DNA from: Penicillus capitatus
Taxonomy: Eukaryota; Plantae; Chlorophyta
Assembly: GCA_965649825.1 (NCBI GenBank)
Contig: OZ287707.1
Span: 1 to 64,000, forward strand
Length of the DNA: 64,000 bases
Direction of reading: 5' to 3'
The notes below the pieces were generated by a model. The model was not told the DNA's origin. It did no database searches and was given only the letters and a program-made list of their open reading frames with translations. Both the position numbers and the translations under genes were made by a program. Shown here one piece after another: positions 48,716 through 59,700 of the stretch; the first letter of the stretch is position 1, and every line of letters begins with the position of its first letter.

Positions 48716-49917
48716 ATGCACGACTGTTGTCTCAAAGATCTCTGTCCTCAAGAAAAGGAGAAAGTTGCAAAACTTATCCGTCAAGTACTGAGCAACACAA
48801 CAGCGAAACAGCAGAAAGACAGTCGGCGATTCCAACAGGTCGTGTCTCTCAAGCAAGACAACTCCGATGCACAGGCCGAATTACAGCAAGTGTTTGTTCA
48901 CTCTGTCTGTTTTGAAGAGGAACTTCGACTGTGCAGAAAATCGAGGAATTGGAAAAGAAGCATCGACAACTTGAGCTGAGAAATAAAGAGATCATTCAAG
49001 AGAATGCCAAGTGATCGTTCTGTTTTATGATTCATGATTGTTGGCCGATGGGGACAACATGCTTGACAGCTCGAAGTCTAAGCTCATGCAGTCCTTGATG
49101 ATGATCAAATCTTATCAACAACAAGCAAGTGTGTTCGTTCGCAGGATTCTGTCAAGTGGCAGTGCCAATACAGGTGAAAGTACTGGAGAACTTGCGGCAT
49201 GTGGAAAACATACCTCCGACGGTTGAATTGCAGACATGTACTAATCGAACAGGAACAGATCGACAGAGAGAACTGCCGAAGACAGAGATGAGAGATCAAG
49301 GGTGTCAAACGGAAGAGAATTTCACGAAAGAGAATTTTCTGCAATCTCCATCCGTTTCGGCGTCCGTTGCAGAGGATCAAGAATGTGTTGAGGAAGAATC
49401 GGAAAGCCAGTCACCTGTTAGGAGCACACATACGCCGCCCTTCGAAGCAAAGGCACAGGAAGGCGTCCGCGGACACAAAGAAGAATCCACTGAAGAGAGA
49501 GAACAGGAATGGATGAAGTCTGCCGTTTCAAACAACCCTCTTCGATTGCGTTTTGATCCATCTATTCCACCGAAGGGCAAGTTTCTCCTTCTCGACGCTT
49601 CTCAAGACAAAGAACAGAACTCAAAGCAGAAATCGCAGGAATCAACGCAGAAATGCTCCGATGAGGCCGCCGCTCTTTCTTATCACACGTGTTGCCATAC
49701 CATGCCTGCTTCTCTACTGGATCTCATCTCAGAGGTGCCAATGCTCGTTTACCCATATACCGTATGACCTTTGTTCCTACCTACGTCGAAGGTCGAACAG
49801 TTTTCAGAAGAGCGAGGCCAAGACGATCTGTCTGACACTTCGTGGACGACAGCGACAACTGATTGGACAGAAGAATCTGAAATATTGCAACAGATATTAT
49901 CTGACACTGTTTTCTGA
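48716..49917 (+). CDS. KIAA1328/hinderin-like coiled-coil protein
   Basis: CLKDLCPQEKEKVAKLIRQV resembles the conserved LKDLC.EDK..IA.LI motif and is followed by coiled-coil exons and a low-complexity tail. Confidence 0.6.
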
Positions 49918-50269
49918 ACAATGAAGATCTACAACACAAGGCGCTTTGTGCTTTCTTAAACATCACCACAATGACCAGCAACCAGTTATGCATCTGCATC
50001 TGTGATTCTATTTGCGTGCATTTCGTCATGGATCGCCACGAACTGGCGAATGAAAAAACTGAAAAAATCGACACGCCGAAGGGTATTAGAGCCAATCGCC
50101 AGAATCCGCGCCATTTTCACTATCACACAACTCCGAGACAATTCGACTCGATAGAAAACAAGATTTCTTTATCACCACACATTGCTCTGAGTGCAACCGA
50201 GACGGTCTTCGCACGTGCTTTCTCTTAAAGAGAAATGCCAGAATCCCATTCTGCACTACTCTTCCCAGT

Positions 50270-51079
50270 CTAATCCAACAGGATACGGAGAAGGAACATA
50301 TTCCCCATCCAAATGCCATTCCTCATCAGCAAACGCATCCAGTCCATCATCCTAAGCAACAAACATCGAGCATTCTTCAATGGAATACGTCTCACTGAAA
50401 GCGATGCTGCGTCGTCTATATTGTCACTAAGGTGATTCTTGTCCACAGCGTATAGCTGTGCTCTGTCTTCGTCCTCTGTTTGTGAGAAAAGGCTGAGAGA
50501 TCGGCGCAATTCTTCACAGAGTTTTTCAGGAGGTGTGCTTTCCACCTCCTGCATTCCATCCCACGATGCGCGATGTTGGTCAGTACTCCAAGCATCTGAA
50601 ACAAATGTGGTCTGTGGAAAGCTTGATATCTCTGTTCCCTCATGATGATCCGATGCCTCCCCCACCGCCGAATCCACGGAGAGCGAATCTCCAACGGACA
50701 GATTCTCGTGAACCATTGATCCACGGACGCGCTCATCCCGCTGGACCGCCGCCAACTTCATCAGCATTCCCTCTGTGTTGCTCTGTCTTGTTGAGAAAGA
50801 AAGAGAACTGCGTTCGCATGTCAACGGTGGTGTTTCTTGCAGTGGCTCATCCTGGTCAACATTCACCAATGGTGGTCGATTCTCGTCGCTTTCCTTCTCA
50901 ACAGACAATGACCCCTGTGTGAAACGCGTCGCCTGTGATGTCTCTGAACACGTCGCCGTTTTTTCGACACGCTCCTTTTTCTTCGTTGGGCGTTTCTCAT
51001 CCGTTCGAGATCGACGTCGACGTTTGTGACGTCGTCGAGGCGGACTCACGGTTCCCGACGCATTGCCCAACATTGTCAA
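50270..51079 (-). CDS. Hypothetical basic/Ser-rich low-complexity protein
   Basis: 269-aa ORF with an NLS-like RRRHKRRRR; probably spliced near its 3' end. Confidence 0.45.
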   Translation of the reverse strand: MTMLGNASGTVSPPRRRHKRRRRSRTDEKRPTKKKERVEKTATCSETSQATRFTQGSLSVEKESDENRPPLVNVDQDEPLQETPPLTCERSSLSFSTRQSNTEGMLMKLAAVQRDERVRGSMVHENLSVGDSLSVDSAVGEASDHHEGTEISSFPQTTFVSDAWSTDQHRASWDGMQEVESTPPEKLCEELRRSLSLFSQTEDEDRAQLYAVDKNHLSDNIDDAASLSVRRIPLKNARCLLLRMMDWMRLLMRNGIWMGNMFLLRILLD

Positions 51080-51232
51080 AATCGTGTTGCCAATGAAGAC
51101 ATCGACCGTATCAGGCAGGCCAAGAATGACACGACATGTACATGAACGGTTAAACCAGACAACTGACTGTCTCCTGGTCTATGAGGTTTTCATTTCCGTC
51201 TGCCACGTTCTCTGTTGTTGTACAAGGCTGAA

Positions 51233-51656
51233 ATGACAGAGACGCTGACGGAAGAAGTGGCACGAGCCATCTTTGATGTGCTTGGTGGTCCAGATGCGCC
51301 CCTTACTGAACGCATGACGTTCGCTGAGAAGCTTGTAACAGACCAGCACATGGACATAGAATCTATGAAGAACAAGATGACAGTGCTCAAGACGATTGAC
51401 ACTGAACAGGGAGAGAAACTCCAACAACTCACGTCTGTCATGCTCATCTTCGAGGTCTAAGTAAGGACGGGTGTGTCATGTGACTGTCAGTGAGAAGACT
51501 CAGGAAGTCCAAGTCCTTTTGAAACGGTTGTCCGAATGGGGAACGGCATTGGATGCAGAAGAAGATGCATTGAAGAAGGAGATTGCTGATTTGGAGAGGT
51601 CAGCGGCCTCGTCGAGAAAACAGCAGCTTCCTCCTCGACCTCCCCGCTCTGAATGA
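51233..51656 (+). CDS. Small two-exon coiled-coil protein
   Basis: MTETLTEEVARAIFD...MLIFE exon, then ...KRLSEWGTALDAEEDALKKEIADLE...* exon. Confidence 0.5.
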
Positions 51657-52090
51657 TCATTGATTGATTTCACGGTTGTCGCTATCATAATGAGAACTAC
51701 CACCACCACCACCTCTGCTGAATGCATAGATGATTTTCTTGTATCTGCGGCCACTATGCAGAGCTGTAGATATCTGTAAACAGTGGTAAGACGGATGTTT
51801 GGAACATCGAATGGCATAGTTGCCAGTATCGATTCTGTTGAATGTTCTTCTTCGCACCCTCCTGGAATTGTTTACAGAATCTATCTTTCCAGAAAATCTC
51901 TGGAAGATGTTGCACCGAGCAAGGGCAAGAGACTGCTGAGTCCTTCAAAAGACATCAGCAGCAATCTTGCTAAACACAAAAAAAACAATCAAAACCGCCA
52001 AGGATGAAGGTCAAAACTGGGCACAGGCGGAATATGACTGTACCCACATGAAATAGACAGGAAATAGAAAAGGAAAATGAAATGTGTGCA

Positions 52091-54625
52091 TCAGACGTTG
52101 GCGTCTGACTCATCTTTCGTCTCCAGAAGAGGTGCATTCGTTGTATCAGGAGAGAGCCTTGTTGACGTTGCTGCTGCTGGCTTTGTCACTCTCCAAACCC
52201 ATAAGTAAGTCAACACCATCAGAAGAAGCAAGATACCCAGAACAATGAGTCCATACCACCAAGTTCGATGCCAATTGTCATCTTCGAAGACTGGGGCGAG
52301 TACCAGAGAGAGAATAGACATCATCTTGATCAGTATGTTCAGAGATGGTCCAGAAGTGTCTTTAAAGGGATCGCCAATGGTATCACCCACCACACATGCC
52401 TTATGCGTGTTGGAATTCTTACCACCATGCACACCTTCGTTCTCCACATACTTCTTGGAATTGTCCCACGCCCCGCCACTGTTGGCCATCATGACTGCCA
52501 AGACGAAGCCACTAGTGATGGATCCGATCAGCATACCTCCTAATGCCTTGGATCCGATGAGAAATCCAATCATGATGGGGGACAGAACGGCCAGGATTCC
52601 TGGCATGATCATCTCCTTCACAGAAGCACGGGTGCATAACTGGATGCATGTCTCGGAATCGCAATGCACGCCTGGGGCGCCTTCCAAGAGACCAGGGATT
52701 TCGTGGAATTGACGTTGGACTTCAGCGATGATGGATCCGGCTGCTTTGCGAACAGACAACATTGTCAGGGCTGCAAAGCAAAAGGGCAACATTGCTCCAA
52801 AGATCAGACCACCCAACACAACAGACTCTGTCAAATCTAGGGGGAGTTTCGGCTCGCGATCTTCGAGCTGATTTGCCAGGTTCACTTTCTCTGTCACGCC
52901 TGCTGGAGGCGGATTCACGGAAACAGCGATACCTGATGATGCATCAGAAACAACACTTTCTTGGCCGTCGACGGTGACGTTACAGGCAAAGGCATTCATC
53001 AAGGCCAAAGCTGTGAGGACGGCAGAACCGATAGCAAATCCTTTTCCTGTTGCAGCTGTAGTGTTTCCCAGAGCATCGAGCTTGTCTGTGCGCTCACGTA
53101 CATCTGGTCCAACATCTGGACTCATCTCCGCCAGTCCGCCTGCGTTGTCTGCGATAGGGCCGTAGGCATCAGAGGCCAACGTGATTCCCAATGTACTCAG
53201 CATTCCCACAGCAGCGACAGCCACCCCATAGACTCCTTGCAACTCGGCACACGCGAAGACAGCAACAGTAATGATGATGGCAGGTGGACAAGTACTCAAC
53301 ATGCCGACGCCTAGTCCTTGGATCACTGCTGGAGCGGCTCCGCCTAGACTGGCAGCTGAAGTGATGGACTGGGTAGGAGGGTAAGCATAGGACGTGAAGA
53401 ACTCTGTGGACTCGCCCATCAAGATACCCGCAGCCAGACCAATGACCACGCAGCTGAACTTTTCCCATATGTCTGTTCCTTCGTGCTCATCGTTATTCCA
53501 GAAGAGAAGGTAACATGCCAGAGCGGTGAAACCAACAACCAGGACTGAAGAGAGATAGATGCCAAAGTGCAAGAACGACAGAAGTTCCCGCTGTGAAGCC
53601 TGTTCACGCGTGCGTACAGCAAAATAGCCGATCACAGCTGCAACGATACCAAACCCAGCAATCCACAAAGGGAAAGCGATCTCAGCATTTGTCTCTGCAA
53701 GGGCAGCTGCGGCGATGATAGAACTGACAAAAGACTCGAACAGATCTGCTCCCATTCCTGCCACATCTCCCACATTGTCGCCCACATTGTCAGCAATGGT
53801 GGCTGGATTGCGGGGATCGTCTTCTGGAATACCTGCTTCGACCTTTCCTACCAAGTCTGCACCGACGTCAGCTGCTTTTGTATAGATGCCGCCTGCCACC
53901 CTCGCAAACAGTGCAATGGAAGACGCTCCAAATCCAAAACCCGACAGATAACGCACGGCATCTCGCATGTAATCTTCAACACGTTCCTGATCACCGGCAC
54001 CTTCACGTGATCGACTGAAAATGAAGAGAAGGACTGAGAGGCCACACAAACCAAAACACACGACCGTGAATCCCATTACAGCCCCTCCAGCAAATGCAAC
54101 ATCCAATGCGCGGCGGAGACTACGTCGAGCGGATTCCATTGTGCGTACGTTTGCCATTGTGGCGATGTGCATGCCACACCATCCAGCTGCAGCGGACAAC
54201 ACGGCTCCACTCACAAAACATATCAGAGTCTGCCATCCGCCGAGTTCCTCGCTCGCGTGTTCACGGCGCTGACTCTCCAGAGTATCCACGATGGAACTCG
54301 CGGTGCTCTCTGCACTCACGGCGACGGTGTAATCGTGCTCTCCTGGCCCAAATCCATCAGGACGGGGTCCGTTGTCTTGTCTTTCGAGAATCCCGACGAT
54401 GAAACTGCCCATCACGACGATAAAGGGCACCAAGAACGTATACTCTGTCTTCAGGAACTGCCTGGCGCCGCGAGCCACGCGATTGGAGATCTCGACCTGG
54501 ACTCCTGCGCCAGTTGGCGCACGAATAATCTTAAAGAGAAGTCTCAAAACCATCAACAATGCAACGAGACTCCCGAGAAACGGGACGGACGCCACGACGA
54601 GCGGATTGATATCGCTTTCTTTCAT
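52091..54625 (-). CDS. Membrane-bound ion-translocating pyrophosphatase, K+-dependent type, intronless
   Basis: KAADVGADLVGKVE, EDDPRN, DNVGDNVGD, DAYGPIADNAGG, GNTTAA (Ala = K+-dependent), GGAWDN, GDTIGDPFKD. ATG at 54625. Confidence 0.97.
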   Translation of the reverse strand: MKESDINPLVVASVPFLGSLVALLMVLRLLFKIIRAPTGAGVQVEISNRVARGARQFLKTEYTFLVPFIVVMGSFIVGILERQDNGPRPDGFGPGEHDYTVAVSAESTASSIVDTLESQRREHASEELGGWQTLICFVSGAVLSAAAGWCGMHIATMANVRTMESARRSLRRALDVAFAGGAVMGFTVVCFGLCGLSVLLFIFSRSREGAGDQERVEDYMRDAVRYLSGFGFGASSIALFARVAGGIYTKAADVGADLVGKVEAGIPEDDPRNPATIADNVGDNVGDVAGMGADLFESFVSSIIAAAALAETNAEIAFPLWIAGFGIVAAVIGYFAVRTREQASQRELLSFLHFGIYLSSVLVVGFTALACYLLFWNNDEHEGTDIWEKFSCVVIGLAAGILMGESTEFFTSYAYPPTQSITSAASLGGAAPAVIQGLGVGMLSTCPPAIIITVAVFACAELQGVYGVAVAAVGMLSTLGITLASDAYGPIADNAGGLAEMSPDVGPDVRERTDKLDALGNTTAATGKGFAIGSAVLTALALMNAFACNVTVDGQESVVSDASSGIAVSVNPPPAGVTEKVNLANQLEDREPKLPLDLTESVVLGGLIFGAMLPFCFAALTMLSVRKAAGSIIAEVQRQFHEIPGLLEGAPGVHCDSETCIQLCTRASVKEMIMPGILAVLSPIMIGFLIGSKALGGMLIGSITSGFVLAVMMANSGGAWDNSKKYVENEGVHGGKNSNTHKACVVGDTIGDPFKDTSGPSLNILIKMMSILSLVLAPVFEDDNWHRTWWYGLIVLGILLLLMVLTYLWVWRVTKPAAATSTRLSPDTTNAPLLETKDESDANV

Positions 54626-55054
54626 GGTTATTTGGAGAGAGAACAAGAATGACGTGACGCAGACGCGAGAGACAGTAGATCATGTAAGATCACTTTAAAT
54701 GCTCTTGCGAAAGCGTCGAGAGACGATTATGGATTCGCCAAGGAAAAAGTGTGATGGTAGAAAGTGCTTAATCGAGGAACGGATCACTCCTTTCTAAACA
54801 AACAACAACGAAAACAAGACCACAGTTCAGATCGCCAGATGGGTTGTGTGTGTCAGCATGGTCATGTTTTTCCTCACGCACAGACTGCGACATTTCCTAC
54901 CATGCATGCATATCCTTAGCTAAAAACAGGAATCAAAGCATCAGCAATGGGTTAGAGCATGCTTGAGAACAAGATTCTTCTTATCGAACGATGGAACCCA
55001 TCTCAAAGGAGTGAAACAACATCAACAACAAGCACATCGACATTTTACTGTTGG

Positions 55055-56167
55055 TCATTTGTTCATCAATCGATGATACAATGCTCGGACTTTCTTAGCA
55101 ACTCGGACCCATGTTTTGCGGGGGGGTTGTGCACTGTTGTCGTTTTCTGAATTCACTGCGTTGGCAGCAGTGGCAGAATTATTACGTAAGGCTCGCGAGA
55201 CTGGGAATATTGAAATAGACCGAGCGCGGTTTTGAGAACGACGGCGCGTTGGCGGCAAGGTTTCTCCCGGGCGAATCACAGAAGGTGGTGACGTCTGGGA
55301 AATTGTCTGCGAACGATGATGCCCTCTCGAAGGACGCCCAGATCTGTGAGAGTTCATCGATGCAGAACCGTCAGGATCTGTCAAAGAATGTGTCCCTGCA
55401 ACAGAGTGAGATCTCCTATGTCCAGTCTGACGTCGCGCTGCAGAAACAAAAGCACAATAAACAGCAGCATCATAAGCACCAGGTCCTTGTAGTGTCAGCA
55501 AACTCCCTAAATGGTCACACAAAATAAATCCATCTCACTCTTTTGATTGGCATACCTTCATCATTGCAGGGCTCGTCACATGTGAATGTGATGTTTAGCT
55601 CTGAATCGATGGGCAGTTGGAATGCCTGACGAATGGCTTCAGTGAACTGCATGTATCCAGTACTGCCAGGCTTGACTTCAAAAGAGTAGGTCTTTCCCTC
55701 AAAGCTGACGTTCATGATGGCTGGGGCATTGATGTTGCATTGCAGAGACAGCGCTTCACGCCAATCCGGCAAGCGGCTGTGACAAAAATCGCACTGCAAT
55801 TCGCGTCTAAAAACAGCCCAATGGTGTCGTCTTTGCCTCGATTTTGAGACCGGAGAGGGTTTTACTTTGTTCCTGCTGACTGCAGCTGCCATCTCGCTAA
55901 GCAACGCAAATGACAGTAACGAGGGCATTTACAAGGTTGTGCCAGAGGGCGCGAAGGCGTATCGGTGTCCAGACAAATCCAGCAGACATTCTTCTCTTCT
56001 TCGGTTTCAGTGTTGTCTACCGTGCTCGTAGCGATATCCGTACTGTTGGAGTAGCACTGCACATCGTGGAGGACACCGTTTGTTTTTCCCGCTGGAGTCG
56101 GCTCTGCAGACGAAGAAGCGACAGAAGAGCCCTGTGCGTCTGCCGTTTCGGTTTCTGTGGAAGACAT
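55055..56167 (-). CDS. RING-CH (RINGv) zinc-finger protein with a downstream PB1-like domain
   Basis: CWIC...PCKCPRYCHLRCLARW...CDFC, then MNVSF.GKTYSFEV...FTEAIRQAF...ITFTCDEP...GAYDAAVYCA. Three exons. Confidence 0.85.
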
Positions 56168-56753
56168 ATTCACAGCAAATCGTTGTACACCACCGTTGGG
56201 CCGCGGCGTTATGTTTGTGCTAACCAAACCGTCGACCGCGCTAAAGCAAGTGTGTATACACCTGCTGTTGCTCCTGGTAGCTCTCGACACGTTAAAACCG
56301 CACGACTCGCCGAAGATAACGGTTTATGACGAGACCTTGTCTTTTCAACGTCGTCGCGCGGGCTGCCCATTGGTACACATCGACATAACAGGCGTTGGTT
56401 GCTTAATAAAATGACTCAGCAAGATCTTCCAGGCCGCTAACACGTCAACAGTCTTATTGATCCACACACATTTCGATATCTACGACACTCACTCATCGCT
56501 GCCGTGTTCAGCATTCATACAAATTCTCCAGACAAAGGATTGCTGGAATGATAGATGCAGAGACAAAAATCGTGCCCTTATGATACAGTCCAAGACAGTT
56601 GTTCAGTGTGAAGATGGTACCTGCCTGTTAACGAATAAAAAACAGAAAAGCATCACAAGGTGGGACAGGAACTTAGACTTGAGCTGAGCTGTGGTTTCTG
56701 TCTCTTCTGATTCCAGTCAATGTGCGAAACAGTTCGAGCAACTTTGGACGTAG

Positions 56754-59700
56754 CTACTTATAGAGAATGACGGCACCTGAGTCGGTTTCTCCCAAGGACA
56801 CTTGGTTAGATTCCAAGGACAGTCGACAAAGGAGGATGACTTTGTTGTATATGATGGTGAAGCAGTACAAAGAAAAGAAAATAATAAGCACCAGAACAAA
56901 CCCTGAAATGGCAAACCGACCTCCCTCGTCAAGGCGGCCATCATTGAGTGCAATCAGTGAAAAGAATGTCGTGGAAGATACAGAAAGCGATGCGACTTCT
57001 AGATTGTTGAGGTATCGAACCTCTTCTTCAAAGGGACAGAAACGTAGCTGGATATGCAAAGAGAGAAACAAGACAAGTGATGCAAGTACTCCTTGCAGAT
57101 TGATTCCTAAGGGATAGCCGAATCCCGCGATCAGAGCCAAGATTGCTTTCCTAAACATGATTGTGCTGTCCCAAAAGACAAACGCCTCTTGGTATCCACG
57201 GAACATAAAACCAAATTTCTCTTTCGTTTCTTCACTGTACAGAGATCCATCATTGCGGTTTCGAATCAAAGTCCATGCACTGCAAGCGGGAAAAAAGATA
57301 GACACGATAATAGTCATTGGGACCACAAGAACACTAACTAAAGCGGCATGACTTCCAGTATAGCATTCAACAGCTGTATCTTCTGTCCACAGGTAGTGCT
57401 CAGAGAGAGTATCTTCGGAGATGCCATCTGTGACTGAAATGCAGTAAAGGGTGCGGATCAGACGACGAGTTATGCCGAGATAAGAGATGTAAAGAATGAC
57501 AACCGCACTGAGAATGATTCGGTGGTTTCGAATTTCCCGAGAAATTTTCCGGAGCCTGATGTTCCAATAGGATACACAGATTGCCAATAGGATGACAGGG
57601 GATAGGAGAGCCAGGATCTCCCGGCTGATGGCGCGTGGGATGGAGGACGAAGGTGAAAAGAGGCAATCTAATGCGATGGCAGCATCTGATGAAGTCAGAC
57701 CGAGAATTTCTGGAACAGACATCCACTCGTCTCTCGTTCAGTACTGAGAAGCAAACCTTACCAAAGAAATGCAGAATAGCTAGTATACTGCGTGACCGTG
57801 GAACATTAATTGATAGAGCCATGCTGTTTACTTGTGCAAAGTTAATCAACAGCTAAGACAGCAAACACGTTGTCTGGTTCGAAAGTCTTCCAGGTTGGCT
57901 CACTTTAAAGGTTTCGGCAATCGCTCTCTTGGTCTTCTCAAAATCTTCGGATATTGGCTGAGAAGCAATTGACGATTGACTTCCTGGTTGAAGTTGTAAT
58001 GCACTGGATTCCCTGTGTCTGGTCACTGAACTGCGGCCACGGACATTAACAGGGGAAGGAAAGTCAATCAAAGAGAGCTCTACAGACGGCAACGCTGATT
58101 CTTTTTCCCCAGTTTCGACTTGGGACAGAGTTTGTTCCAGAGAAGATCCAGTTCTGGCTTCGGGTACTGGACAACGAGATTGCGTTTCTTCTGAATGCCT
58201 TTTACTTCTCAAGTTCCCTTTGATGCTGATAGTGACTACCAGCAAAAACCAAAGCAGTGCGCAGAAGAATAAGAACAGGACCAGTCCCTTTGGATAACAT
58301 TCGCGGCATCTGGGTCCTTGACGGCCATGAGTACTACTGCATGAACCACACAGAGGACCTGTATGTCCCTGAAATACCAATCCATGCTCCACGAGACAAA
58401 AAAGAATGAATCAAAACCTCTTCGCATTGCTTGCTATGAAACTCTTCGATCTGCATCTTCGTCAAGTTGCAGGTTGGATCTGTGGAATTCATAAACTCGT
58501 GAAGGTTCTTTTGTCTGTCATCTAGAATCGAGTCGCCAAACATGCTGCTGACGAACAATCTTTCTGGATGTGTGCTCACCATGATCACAGACGCTTTCTG
58601 TCAAACACTTCTTGGAGCCTCCTTTATGACAGGGGAACGGTACCCAATGTTTCTTATTTGGCTCGATGCCCCATGAGTGACACATGGAGTCATCGGGACA
58701 TATATGACAAGTTTCACTGTCTTCATCAAAATTATATGTGCCCTGCTCACACTTCTCGCAATCTGTGCCATCGCTGACAGATCTCCATCCTATTGGACAG
58801 GGCAGGATTTCACGCGCATCGAATTGCTCTTGATTTCTGTATCAGAGAGTTCCAAGTGGAGAGTATATGTCCCGGGCTTCCCTCGGATGATGACCGGATA
58901 CAGGACAGCTGTTCCACGGCTGAAGCTCTCTGTCAGATGGCCCGAAATCTCGATTCCATTTTCAACACCCTCCGTCCGGATTCTCAAAACGAGATCTGGA
59001 TGACTCGTTCTAGGCTCAGCTGGAGACTGTCCAAATGCATCGGAGAGCGTAACATCAATCGGAGGAAGCTCAGGAACAGGATCCATTCTTGTGATGACAG
59101 TCTGCTTGGTTGGACTGCTCTTATTGGGATTTCTGAAGGCCGATAGAGCAGATACTGCATGGTTTGCTTTTAGGTCACCATAGCCACCTTCCTCTACTCG
59201 ATTGCCAATCCATGACGCACACTGCTTGTCCTCTGATAGCTGCTGTAAATCACTCATTACTTTCCAGTCAACATAATACTGAATGAGATCGAATGAATCC
59301 TTTTCTTCTGGATTCACTTCATGTGAACAGGCGAAGAGAACGGTTGTTGGATGCGAAGCCATGATTGCTCCACCTCCCACTCGAGCAATGTTTCTTCTAA
59401 GATCAATTTCTCTGAGGACAACGAAGCTGTCTTTCTCTGTGTCATCCTCATATTGTTCAGCAGAATGAGTTGCATGCAAAGCGCCTATTTCACAGAATGC
59501 AGCCTCAAACGTTCTAAACACGAAATCTTACCGCCCACAGATGCCGAGTTCGTCGACAGGTTACATTTGTCGCACTGCAATGCCACTGGTTGAGGCTCAT
59601 AGGGTCGTGTGGATAAACAAATGCCACCTCCATAATGACTGGCCGTGTTTTCCAGGATATCACACTCCGTACAGTGCAGCATGGACTTTGTGTCCATCAT

